Made by a program: the position numbers and the translations under genes. Below are positions 1 through 8,123 of a stretch of DNA of 60,607 bases, one piece after another. The stretch is from Candidatus Krumholzibacteriota bacterium (GTDB lineage Bacteria; Krumholzibacteriota; Krumholzibacteriia; Krumholzibacteriales; Krumholzibacteriaceae), in NCBI GenBank assembly GCA_030667985.1, contig DAOUUU010000004.1:1-60607 (forward strand), read 5' to 3'. Position 1 is the first letter of the stretch, and each line of letters opens with the position of its first letter. The notes below the pieces were generated by a model. The model worked only from the letters and a program-made list of their open reading frames with translations, was not told the DNA's origin and made no database searches.

Positions 1-152
1 AGCCACATCTCGATCTAATTCACAATCGAGAGCTTTGTAGACTACACCAAATCCACCCTCGCCGAGGGTAGCTTGTATCGTATATCTATCTGGCAAGTTG
101 GGAGGTGCTTGCATAAGTTACTATGTTAGTGGCAATAATAGAAAATGCCAAT

Positions 153-180
153 AAAAAACCCTCTCAATATTGAGAGGGTT
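153..180 (-). terminator. Rho-independent terminator of the 206-766 gene
   Basis: Perfect 24-bp palindrome AACCCTCTCAAT/ATTGAGAGGGTT (157-180). The A6 run at 153-158 gives a U-tract on the minus strand, 25 nt past the stop. Confidence 0.85.
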
Positions 181-205
181 GAGAAGGAGCAATCATGAGA
201 TTACA

Positions 206-766
206 TTAAGGCAGTATTGCTGCCCTGTGAGGGCAATCACCATATTCGCTGAAATGTTCCAACTTAGCTTTGAGCGCTCCATTTTCAATGTAACTTCCTA
301 TATAGTCCCATAGTTCGCTTTCTTCGTTGTACCAAAGCACATTGTGGTTATCCGCTTCCGTTTCCACGACGCCTAGGGGGAGGCTGAGAGTAACCTTTTT
401 GTTAAACTCTATCCCATGTGGTCCTAGGCGAACTACCGCTTCAGGGTATCGCGGCATCTCAATAGTTATCTCGGTATCCTCCGCCAGGGCGCCAGGAGGG
501 AAGTACAGACTGAAGTAACCGTTGCTGACAACGCCTCCTTCAGCTGCTGATACAACTTTCGTCGCCACCATTGTCGTTTGTATTTCTAGATCCGAGATCT
601 TATCGGAGGCAGGTAAAAGGCGGACGAAATTGGGATCTTCTATACCGGGCAGTAACATCTCCTGTGAGGGGGCAACAGGGGAGTAGGTCCCACAGCCCAG
701 GGCAGCCAGTACAATGAGGAAGGTAATAGGGGTGAGAATCTTATGGGCTGTTTTTCGTCCGCTCAT
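206..766 (-). CDS. Lipoprotein with ZU5-like domain and C-terminal HFS motif
   Basis: Signal peptide with lipobox LGC; GGxV..(F)PPGAL..TEITI..GPHGIEFxKxVTL..W...W...EHFSEY pattern typical of bacterial ZU5-like proteins; GGAGG SD upstream. Confidence 0.75.
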   Translation of the reverse strand: MSGRKTAHKILTPITFLIVLAALGCGTYSPVAPSQEMLLPGIEDPNFVRLLPASDKISDLEIQTTMVATKVVSAAEGGVVSNGYFSLYFPPGALAEDTEITIEMPRYPEAVVRLGPHGIEFNKKVTLSLPLGVVETEADNHNVLWYNEESELWDYIGSYIENGALKAKLEHFSEYGDCPHRAAILP

Positions 767-846
767 TTTACCAAACCTCCGAATTGCGTCGATCTCAGAA
801 TTCCTTTCATTTCCTAATTCAGCTTTCCGCTGTCACAGGGGTATAA

Positions 847-862
847 GGCAACGGAGGTGCCA
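847..862 (-). promoter_or_regulatory. sigma54 (-24/-12) promoter
   Basis: Minus strand reads TGGCAC-CTCCG-TTGCC, an exact TGGCAC-N5-TTGC match about 80 nt upstream of the ATG at 766. Confidence 0.8.
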
Positions 863-947
863 CGGGCCGAAAATGGGGCTCTGGCGGTGTGGATGGGGAG
901 GGAAAAAGACGTGAAATTGGGGGGAAAGTGTAATCGCCTATTTCGCG

Positions 948-960
948 TAACCATTTGAAT
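948..960 (-). promoter_or_regulatory. Possible IHF-binding site
   Basis: Minus strand ATTCAAATGGTTA matches WATCAANNNNTTR with one mismatch, in an AT-rich patch upstream of the sigma54 promoter. Confidence 0.35.
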
Positions 961-1136
961 ATATTGCTAGTTATCGTGGTATGCCGGCTATGGGACAGGG
1001 TGCTGCCGCAAAGGTTACAATTCCTAAATAGCGTGCCATTTGGGCATGCCGGAAAAGGGGCGATTGGGGATTATTCCGGGGGTTTGGGGTGCCTGATGGA
1101 GGATCTTATAGAGTAATGGAATTATCTATAGCCCGA

Positions 1137-2597
1137 TCAGTCGTTTACGCCGACCGGTTCAAATACGCCGTTTTTGTGATTTTTCTTTGTCTCGGCGGCA
1201 TCGATTCCGTATTTCTTCATCTTGTACCGCAGTGTTCCCCGTCCTACCTTAAGAAGACCGGCCGCCTGGGTGACATTACCCCCCGTCCGGGCCAATGCGG
1301 CGAGTATCACACCCCGCTCGATCTCGTCCAAGGATGCGCCCTCCTGTGGAAGATCGACCCTGATCGTTCCCTCTTCTTCCTCGACGTTGACGATCGTTTC
1401 CTGATGCTCCTTCTCGATGGGGAGGTCGTGAGGGCTGATGCGCCCGTCCGTGCTCAGGAGCACCGCTCGCTCTATAATATTGATCAGCTCACGGACATTT
1501 CCCGGCCAGATGTATTCCTCGAGAGTGTTGACGGCATCCTTTGTCAGGGTGGTATTCTTCTTGTTCATCCGCTTGGCGAAGCGTTTGGTGTAAGCCTCGG
1601 CTATGGGGCGTATATCCTCGGGGCGAGCCCTTAGAGGAGGTACTGTGATCTCCAGGACGTTCAGGCGGTAGTAGAGGTCGCTTCTAAAGAGCCGTTCTTC
1701 CATGGCGTGCTTGAGATCTGTGTTGGTCGCCGAGATGATCCTGACATCCACCGGCAGGAACTTGGTCCCGCTGATACGCCTGATCGTTCTGGAATCCAAG
1801 AACTTGAGAAGCTTTGCCTGTAGGCCGTAGTCGATCTCGCCCACCTCATCGAGGAAGATAGTGCCTCCTGCGGCACACTCAAAGAGTCCCATCTTCTCTT
1901 CCTTGGCGTCTGTAAAGGCGCCCTTCTCGTATCCGAAGAACTCGCTCTCGAGAAGGTTTCGGGGGATAGCCCCGCAGTTGACCTCGATAAATGGCGCTTT
2001 GCGGCGCTCGCTCGCTTCGTGGATCGCCTTGGCCAGTGCTCCCTTGCCGGTGCCAGGCTCGCCGAGGATCATGACGCTGGTGAACTCGCTCTCGGCTACC
2101 TTCTTGGCGAGCTCTATCACCTCTCCTATCTTCTCACTCGTGCCAATGATCTCCCCGAAGCCTTGGGGCGTCTCGAGCCGCTTCTCCAGCGCTCGTCTCC
2201 GGCTGCGTTTGCCTATGCCTGCAGCCGCCCCGGCGAGTATGCCGGAGATGTCTGAACGTTCGAACGGCTTGTAGAGCGTATTACGGGCGCCGATCTTGAG
2301 CGAGAAGCGGTCCCCTCCGAAAAAGCCCTCAGGCAGCAGCAGGACGAGCTGTGCCTTTTGATTCTCTTCGTGCCACGATTTGAGGTTCGAGGCGACCGCG
2401 TCCCAGTCTTTTTGCTCACTGCTCTCGGGGACCGACCAGATCAGACAGTCTGGAGTCTTGTCCAGGGCAGCTTCCAGGAACTCTTCAAGCGTAGGATAGG
2501 CCAGGGCCTTCCACCCGCACTCCTCGCAGATAGCGCTGAGCGATTCAAGGCCCTTCGGATCGGGCTCGATTATAATGAGCTTTGGTTGCATAGCCAT
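1137..2597 (-). CDS. sigma54-dependent enhancer-binding protein (NtrC/AtoC-like) with degenerate receiver domain
   Basis: Walker A GEPGTGK, ESEFFGYEKGAFTDA, FLDEVGE, RSDLYYRLNV, WPGNVREL and a Fis-type HTH. Start set to the ATG at 2597 (MAMQP) rather than 2660. Confidence 0.92.
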   Translation of the reverse strand: MAMQPKLIIIEPDPKGLESLSAICEECGWKALAYPTLEEFLEAALDKTPDCLIWSVPESSEQKDWDAVASNLKSWHEENQKAQLVLLLPEGFFGGDRFSLKIGARNTLYKPFERSDISGILAGAAAGIGKRSRRRALEKRLETPQGFGEIIGTSEKIGEVIELAKKVAESEFTSVMILGEPGTGKGALAKAIHEASERRKAPFIEVNCGAIPRNLLESEFFGYEKGAFTDAKEEKMGLFECAAGGTIFLDEVGEIDYGLQAKLLKFLDSRTIRRISGTKFLPVDVRIISATNTDLKHAMEERLFRSDLYYRLNVLEITVPPLRARPEDIRPIAEAYTKRFAKRMNKKNTTLTKDAVNTLEEYIWPGNVRELINIIERAVLLSTDGRISPHDLPIEKEHQETIVNVEEEEGTIRVDLPQEGASLDEIERGVILAALARTGGNVTQAAGLLKVGRGTLRYKMKKYGIDAAETKKNHKNGVFEPVGVND

Positions 2598-2655
2598 CGT
2601 ACTGTTCTGTGCCGCCCTAAACGTAAGTGGTATAACTGTGTTCTCCGTAAAGAAA

Positions 2656-2671
2656 TGCAAGATATATGCCT
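2656..2671 (-). promoter_or_regulatory. sigma54 (-24/-12) motif upstream of the first bEBP gene
   Basis: Minus strand reads AGGCAT-ATATC-TTGCA, with correct GG-N10-GC spacing, about 60 nt upstream of ATG 2597. Confidence 0.6.
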
Positions 2672-2704
2672 TGTTGGGTGTATGGCGCCCGGGAGATAGA
2701 AGGT

Positions 2705-2733
2705 TTGAAAGGGCCGGGGAAATCTGGTATCTT
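2705..2733 (+). promoter_or_regulatory. sigma70-type promoter
   Basis: TTGAAA-N17-TATCTT with an extended -10 TG, upstream of ATG 2800. Confidence 0.5.
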
Positions 2734-2799
2734 ATTAGATGTGATAATTATATGATTCAGGGGCATTTATCAGGGGCTGAGCATAATCAAAGGACAGAC

Positions 2800-4698
2800 A
2801 TGATGAGACGAGATAATAATCCATTTCGAGCTATTGGGGCCGTACGGTTGGGCATGGCGCTCGCTGCTTTTGCGGTCGCGGCTCTCATTTTCACAGGTGG
2901 CTGCGAGAACAAGACGGAGGTCGTACTGGACCCTCCCGTTGTGACATCAGTGACGCCGGAGAGCGCTGCGGCCGGTGATACGATTACGATTTCAGGGACA
3001 GGTTTCAGCCGGATCCCATCACAGAACAAGATTGTCGTCTCGGCGTGCAATGATCCGGATGCCGATTGCGACAGAGTATCGGTGGGGCTGACGGGCTCAA
3101 CGACCGAGCTCAGGGCCCTGGTCCCGGACGGCTCATTCAGCGGAAATCTCCGAGTGGAAAACCGTGAGTTATTGCTTGGAGGAGGTCCCGTGGGCGTTCC
3201 GACTCCAAGTGTGCCATCCAACTGGTACCCGATCGATGTGTTCCTCAATCCCGGGGATGTGGCGAAAGTATTCTTCTCCAGCGAGAGCTACGACTACTCG
3301 ATCCATACAGAGGGTGCAGACGATTACCTGCTGATTCTCTTCAACAGCGCTTCGACCAGTGATGATAACGAGACCTTTCTCTATTCGGTCGGCATAGATG
3401 TAGAGGGTTTCGGGGTGGCCGAGGGCGAAGAGGAGGAGAGCGTTGAGAAAGTAGAAGCAGCTCCCGGACTCATCAAAAGATACGACATCGGTGTTAAGAT
3501 GCGAAGGGAGGCGGCCGAGCACCTGAAGAGGATCTCTGAAGGCGGGGCGAAGCCTCTCGAGACGGAAACGGCCGTATCCAAGATCCAGGGGGCCGGAGCG
3601 GTGCCGCTTGCGGTCGATTTCAATGTCTACTCCGATCCGGAAGGCTCGAACACCGAGCCATCCAGCTACACGGTTGTCACCGCAGATCTCAAGTACGAGG
3701 GCACTTATACATTACTCTACGTCGACCAGAATACGACCCCGACACAGCTGTCCGATGCGGAGGCGGAGGAGCTAGGGATGATCTTCGATACGAGCATTCA
3801 TCCGACAAACCGAGGCGCCTTCGGCTCCGAGTCCGACATCAACCATGACGGGAAGGTAGCAATACTCTTGTCTCCGGTGATCAACGCCATGCCGTGTCCA
3901 GGCGGCGATTGTATCATCCTTGGATTCTTCAATCCGATAGACCTGCATCCCAGCCATGTAAGCCCCGCGGTCACGAACGGCATGGAGATCTTCTATACGC
4001 TGGTGCCCGATCCATCTTTCGGAGGAGCCGACTGGAAGGAGGAGAGCATCGAGTCGATCAAGAGCACCCTCGCCCATGAATTCCAGCATATGATCCTCTA
4101 TAATTACAGGGTCCTCATATATGGAGAGGGGCTCATCTCTTTATACATGGAGGAGCTTTGGCTGAATGAGGGGCTATCCCACATAGCTGAAGACCTGAAC
4201 GGTTTCTATTCCGACAATATAGGACGGGCCAATCTGTTCATGGGAGCACCGTGGGGTACGAAGCTGACATTTCGTTCAGACCACAGCTTAGAGAACAGAG
4301 GTGCGGCCTATCTATTCCTCAGGCTTCTCGGCGATCTGTACGGCGAGGGGATCTACCGGAGCCTGGTCCAGTCCCATTACGCCGGTACTGTTAATGTTGA
4401 GCGTGTGACCGGCACCAGTTTCCTGGAGCTCTTCGGAGACTGGAACGCTGCTCTTTATCTGAGCGGGCGCGGCATCACGGCCGATCCGCGATTTAACTAC
4501 AGTTCGATCGACCTGCTGGGGGATTTCTTGCCGCTCAACGTAACGGAGATCAACCTGCCTGTTTCGTCTATTGGAGCCTGGCAGCTAGCTATGGGGCCCA
4601 AGTTCATACGGCTGAACGCCTCGTCACAGATCTCGTACGATGTCACTCTCGGGACTTCATATGGGAGCTTGAATGCGGTCATTATCCGCCTCAATTAG
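2800..4698 (+). CDS. Lipoprotein with IPT/TIG domain and HExxH zinc metallopeptidase domain (M30/hyicolysin-like)
   Basis: Lipobox GGC; IPT pattern PVVTSVTPESAAAGDTITISGTGF; TLAHEFQHMI followed by WLNEGLS. The AAGGA SD favours ATG 2800. Confidence 0.8.
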   Translation: MMRRDNNPFRAIGAVRLGMALAAFAVAALIFTGGCENKTEVVLDPPVVTSVTPESAAAGDTITISGTGFSRIPSQNKIVVSACNDPDADCDRVSVGLTGSTTELRALVPDGSFSGNLRVENRELLLGGGPVGVPTPSVPSNWYPIDVFLNPGDVAKVFFSSESYDYSIHTEGADDYLLILFNSASTSDDNETFLYSVGIDVEGFGVAEGEEEESVEKVEAAPGLIKRYDIGVKMRREAAEHLKRISEGGAKPLETETAVSKIQGAGAVPLAVDFNVYSDPEGSNTEPSSYTVVTADLKYEGTYTLLYVDQNTTPTQLSDAEAEELGMIFDTSIHPTNRGAFGSESDINHDGKVAILLSPVINAMPCPGGDCIILGFFNPIDLHPSHVSPAVTNGMEIFYTLVPDPSFGGADWKEESIESIKSTLAHEFQHMILYNYRVLIYGEGLISLYMEELWLNEGLSHIAEDLNGFYSDNIGRANLFMGAPWGTKLTFRSDHSLENRGAAYLFLRLLGDLYGEGIYRSLVQSHYAGTVNVERVTGTSFLELFGDWNAALYLSGRGITADPRFNYSSIDLLGDFLPLNVTEINLPVSSIGAWQLAMGPKFIRLNASSQISYDVTLGTSYGSLNAVIIRLN

Positions 4699-5449
4699 CC
4701 TATGGCTAGCCCCTGCGCGCGTTTCCCTCCCTGGGCTAGCCCTTTTCCTGCTGCTTTGCCTGGTGGGCTGCGCCTCGAATCTCCCATCTATTATTCCCGT
4801 AGAGGAGCAGGCCGAGCTTATCGGCACCGTCACCATATCGGGTGAACATCCCTACGAGAGGCAGCTAATTCTGGCTGACACATCTGGAGTCTACTGGCTC
4901 ATCGAATCGTCCGAGTATGAAGGCGAGTTGCTCAAACTAGGGGGGCAGTCGATTCGCGCCCTGGGCATAGCCCGCACCGAAGAGTCAGGTTACAGAAGTC
5001 TGTTGCTGCGGTGGTATGACCTCCACCCGGAGCCTGGATGCATCTCGGGTGTCGGGATGCTGGAACGCTGGAACGGCGATCTCGTACTCGTTTCACCCCA
5101 TCAAGGGCGATCGGAGCAGGGGCAAAGGGTGTTGATCATCGAAGGCCCGCTGCGTTCTGTCCTGGAGATCCACATCGGTTACAGGGTCTGGATAACGGGG
5201 GAGTCTGTTCGTGCGCCTGGCAATGATGATGTTCTGAATCTTGCAGCGGAGCAGGATGAGATCGATGGCGGCGAGACCGGCCAGGACCTTGCGGATCCAG
5301 AAACCGGACGACCGGCCGGGAATGAAGATCCGTCTGCGCGCCTATCACTGATCAGAGTTGTCGCTTTGGAGTATGGAGTGCTCGGTCCGCCTATTCCGTC
5401 TCGGGAGGCTTTTCCACATAGCATTCTTCAAGATTCGAGTAGGCGATGA
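4673..5449 (+). CDS. Hypothetical lipoprotein
   Basis: Hydrophobic N-terminus with LVGC lipobox; overlaps the upstream gene, suggesting an operon; no family recognised. Confidence 0.55.
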   Translation: MRSLSASISLWLAPARVSLPGLALFLLLCLVGCASNLPSIIPVEEQAELIGTVTISGEHPYERQLILADTSGVYWLIESSEYEGELLKLGGQSIRALGIARTEESGYRSLLLRWYDLHPEPGCISGVGMLERWNGDLVLVSPHQGRSEQGQRVLIIEGPLRSVLEIHIGYRVWITGESVRAPGNDDVLNLAAEQDEIDGGETGQDLADPETGRPAGNEDPSARLSLIRVVALEYGVLGPPIPSREAFPHSILQDSSRR

Positions 5450-5780
5450 AGCGGGCGTACTCGAGCTGCTGAAAGAATGATCCCAACCGTTCATGACAGG
5501 GTTCGATCTTATCGCTGAAGCGTCTCTGCATGACCTCTGCGATATCCCTGATATTTCTGTTTCCGTCACAGAGCATCCAGACGCTGCTGCCGATCTCGTC
5601 GAGTGTTAACCTGAGAAACGGCCGTTTTAGCCGCGGCTGCAGCCACTTGCGCATGAAGTCGCTCTTGAAGCGCGGCGCCTGGAGCGTGACGATCACATCC
5701 TCGTCCGTATTGTATTCGATTATACGGCAGGGCACGAGCTCGAGCAGGTTGATCTCTCTTCTTTGTTTCTTTCGTTTCAT
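5391..5780 (-). CDS. PqqD-family / RiPP recognition element (RRE)-like protein
   Basis: LDEIGSSVWMLCDGNRNIRDIAEVM...ERLGSFFQQL pattern of PqqD winged-helix proteins. Confidence 0.8.
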   Translation of the reverse strand: MKRKKQRREINLLELVPCRIIEYNTDEDVIVTLQAPRFKSDFMRKWLQPRLKRPFLRLTLDEIGSSVWMLCDGNRNIRDIAEVMQRRFSDKIEPCHERLGSFFQQLEYARFIAYSNLEECYVEKPPETE

Positions 5781-5789
5781 TGCAGAAGT

Positions 5790-5828
5790 AAAATAAAGCC
5801 CCGGGCATGGAATGTCCAGCCCGGGGCT
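5790..5828 (-). terminator. Terminator-like hairpin between the OPT and PqqD genes
   Basis: Stem AGCCCCGGGC/GCCCGGGGCT (5797-5806/5819-5828) with an inner TGGA/TCCA stem, followed by TTTATTTT on the minus strand. Confidence 0.7.
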
Positions 5829-5843
5829 GAATAAAGTTTGTGC

Positions 5844-7838
5844 CTAGTCGTTTCTCTTCGCGGCTTTAATAGGTGTTGCGATCAACACATATGCCAGAAT
5901 CGCGAAAACTAATAGAGCGAGCCACGGGCTTCCCCCACTAATGACCTGTGGGAGGATCGCAGTACCTCCGCCGATCACGACAGTGGCCGCGATGATGATT
6001 CCCATCAGCGCCTGGCCGGCGATCAGGCCGGAGGCGAGCAGGATACCTGTGTTCTCGAACTTCTCCTTGTTCAGATTCTTCTTTTTCATCACCGAGTCTG
6101 CGATCCACTTGATGAATCCACCGCAGAAGATGGCGAATGTCGTGTGGAACGGGAGATACATCCCGACCGCGATGAGCATCGGCGACGGGGCGCCGATCAG
6201 TATCAGGCCGATCGAAAAGATTGCTCCCATTATTACGAGAGGCCACGCCATCTGGCCGGTGATGATACCCTGGCTGAGCATCGCCATCAGGCCGGCCTGA
6301 GGGGCCGGCAGGAGCTCGCCGCCGATACCGCCCATTTCGGCGTAACCGGTGTGCAGCAGCTGCAGGACGAGGGCCATGACGAAGGCGGCCGCGATGACGC
6401 CGATGATACAGCCCAGCTCCATCGCCTTCGGCGTACCTCCCAGGATATGTCCAGTCTTCAGATCCTGTATGATGTCACCCGCTACACCGCTCGAGCAGCA
6501 GACGACGGCCGCCACACCGAGTACGGCAGCTATACCGAACGCTCCCTTCACGCCCACTATCACCATCAAGATCGCGGCTACGATCAGGGTCGAGAGCGTA
6601 AGCCCGGAGATCGGATTGTTGCTCGAACCGATCGTGCCGACGAGAAAACCCGCCACGGCGGCGAATAGAAAACCAGCCACCGTCATCACGACCGCCGAGA
6701 CGATCGCTCCGATGAGGTTGTGACTGAAGTGGTAGTAGAGGATCGCGATGGGGATCACGAGCAAGATGATCGCGATGATCGTTCCCGAATATGGAAGGTC
6801 GCGTTCGATCCTGCTGGTCTCTGAGTCGCTCTTGCCCTTGCCGATCTTCTTCAGATCGCCGAAGGCCCGCGCTATTCCCGTTCCAAGCGATTTGCGCATT
6901 GTGAATAGCGTGTAGAATGCGCCTACGAGCATCGCGCCGACCGCGAGCGGCCGCACCTGGGAGTTCCAGACAGCGGCCGAGGTCTGTAGCCAATCGGTCG
7001 TGCCGCCATACGTGCCGTTGATAAAGATAAATAGCGGCACTAGCATCATGTGGCCAAAGACACCGCCCGCGAAGACGATCGCGGCGAGCTTCGGACCGAT
7101 GATGTAGCCGACACCGAGCATTGCCGGGGAGGCGTCGGGGGACTCGATAAAGATGCCGCCCTGCGGATTCGTCGCCGCTCCCACCTGTTGGAAACCGCTC
7201 GTTAGCAGCTTGAAGTTTTTGACCACAGGCAGGACCCAGAATTGTTTGACGTATCCCCTTATCATGAGGAGGCCGAAATCGTTCCTTAAGAGCTCGAGCA
7301 GGGCCGATAGCCCTATCATGCCAAAGACATACTTGGCGCCCGTGGCATGACCCTGTCCAGCCTTTACGATCTCGGCGCAGGCCACGCTCTCGGGGAACGG
7401 GAGCGACTTGTCCTCGATCAGCACTCTCCTGAGGAAGATAACGAAGAGTACGCCGAGAATACCTCCGACGAGCATGAGCGCCGTGCTTTCCCAGTAGTGG
7501 ATATTATCCCAGATCGGCTCTCCCGTCGCCGGATTCCTGGCGATGAGAAACGCCGGGATAGTGAAGATGGCGCCGGCGACAATAGCCTCGCCGACCGCGG
7601 CCGTGGTACGGCATGTGTTCTCCTCGAGGATTGTACCCCGCAGGAGCCGCAGCGCCGCCATGGCCATTACGGCTGCGGGAAATGTGGCCGCCACGGTCAT
7701 TCCAGCGACCAGCCCCAGGTACGCATTGGCCGCGCCGAGGATAATGGAGAGAAAGGCGCCGACAACAACCGCTTTCAGCGTAAATTCCTTCATCTGTTCG
7801 TTGGCCGGTACATAGGGCTTGAATTCCTGATCGCCCAT
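5844..7838 (-). CDS. OPT-family oligopeptide transporter
   Basis: ANAYLGL, ILEEN, GAIFTIPA, LPFPE, GSSNNPISG, QDLKTG, LPAPQA and GILLASGLIAG motifs; many TM segments; GGAGG SD. Confidence 0.95.
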   Translation of the reverse strand: MGDQEFKPYVPANEQMKEFTLKAVVVGAFLSIILGAANAYLGLVAGMTVAATFPAAVMAMAALRLLRGTILEENTCRTTAAVGEAIVAGAIFTIPAFLIARNPATGEPIWDNIHYWESTALMLVGGILGVLFVIFLRRVLIEDKSLPFPESVACAEIVKAGQGHATGAKYVFGMIGLSALLELLRNDFGLLMIRGYVKQFWVLPVVKNFKLLTSGFQQVGAATNPQGGIFIESPDASPAMLGVGYIIGPKLAAIVFAGGVFGHMMLVPLFIFINGTYGGTTDWLQTSAAVWNSQVRPLAVGAMLVGAFYTLFTMRKSLGTGIARAFGDLKKIGKGKSDSETSRIERDLPYSGTIIAIILLVIPIAILYYHFSHNLIGAIVSAVVMTVAGFLFAAVAGFLVGTIGSSNNPISGLTLSTLIVAAILMVIVGVKGAFGIAAVLGVAAVVCCSSGVAGDIIQDLKTGHILGGTPKAMELGCIIGVIAAAFVMALVLQLLHTGYAEMGGIGGELLPAPQAGLMAMLSQGIITGQMAWPLVIMGAIFSIGLILIGAPSPMLIAVGMYLPFHTTFAIFCGGFIKWIADSVMKKKNLNKEKFENTGILLASGLIAGQALMGIIIAATVVIGGGTAILPQVISGGSPWLALLVFAILAYVLIATPIKAAKRND

Positions 7839-8045
7839 CTAGACCCTCCTTCCTTGAAAAAAGAGAGCGAAAGTGATGCGGTAAAAAACTGACGATAATG
7901 CAAGTCAAGGCATGGTATCGGTAGGGTTCATAATTAGTCAAGGAAAGATAGCGTCGGAGAACTGACACACCGGGATGATGGAGGTGGTTCGTATAAATGG
8001 AGGAAGTCTCTGTCACTGTGTGCAATGGAGGTTTTCTGTGGGAGT

Positions 8046-8061
8046 GGGAACACTATTTGCC
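8046..8061 (+). promoter_or_regulatory. sigma54-like motif upstream of the second bEBP gene
   Basis: GGGAAC-ACTAT-TTGCC with correct GG-N10-GC spacing, about 63 nt before ATG 8124; two mismatches in the -24 box. Confidence 0.45.
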
Positions 8062-8123
8062 TTAATGGTCATAATAAGGCGGCTGGTACTGCGATACGAC
8101 TCTGGTAATTATAAACATTTATC

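Noticed and set aside
91-113. TGGCA...TTGCA resembling a sigma54 promoter
   Set aside because: Spacing is not GG-N10-GC, and there is no plus-strand gene downstream.
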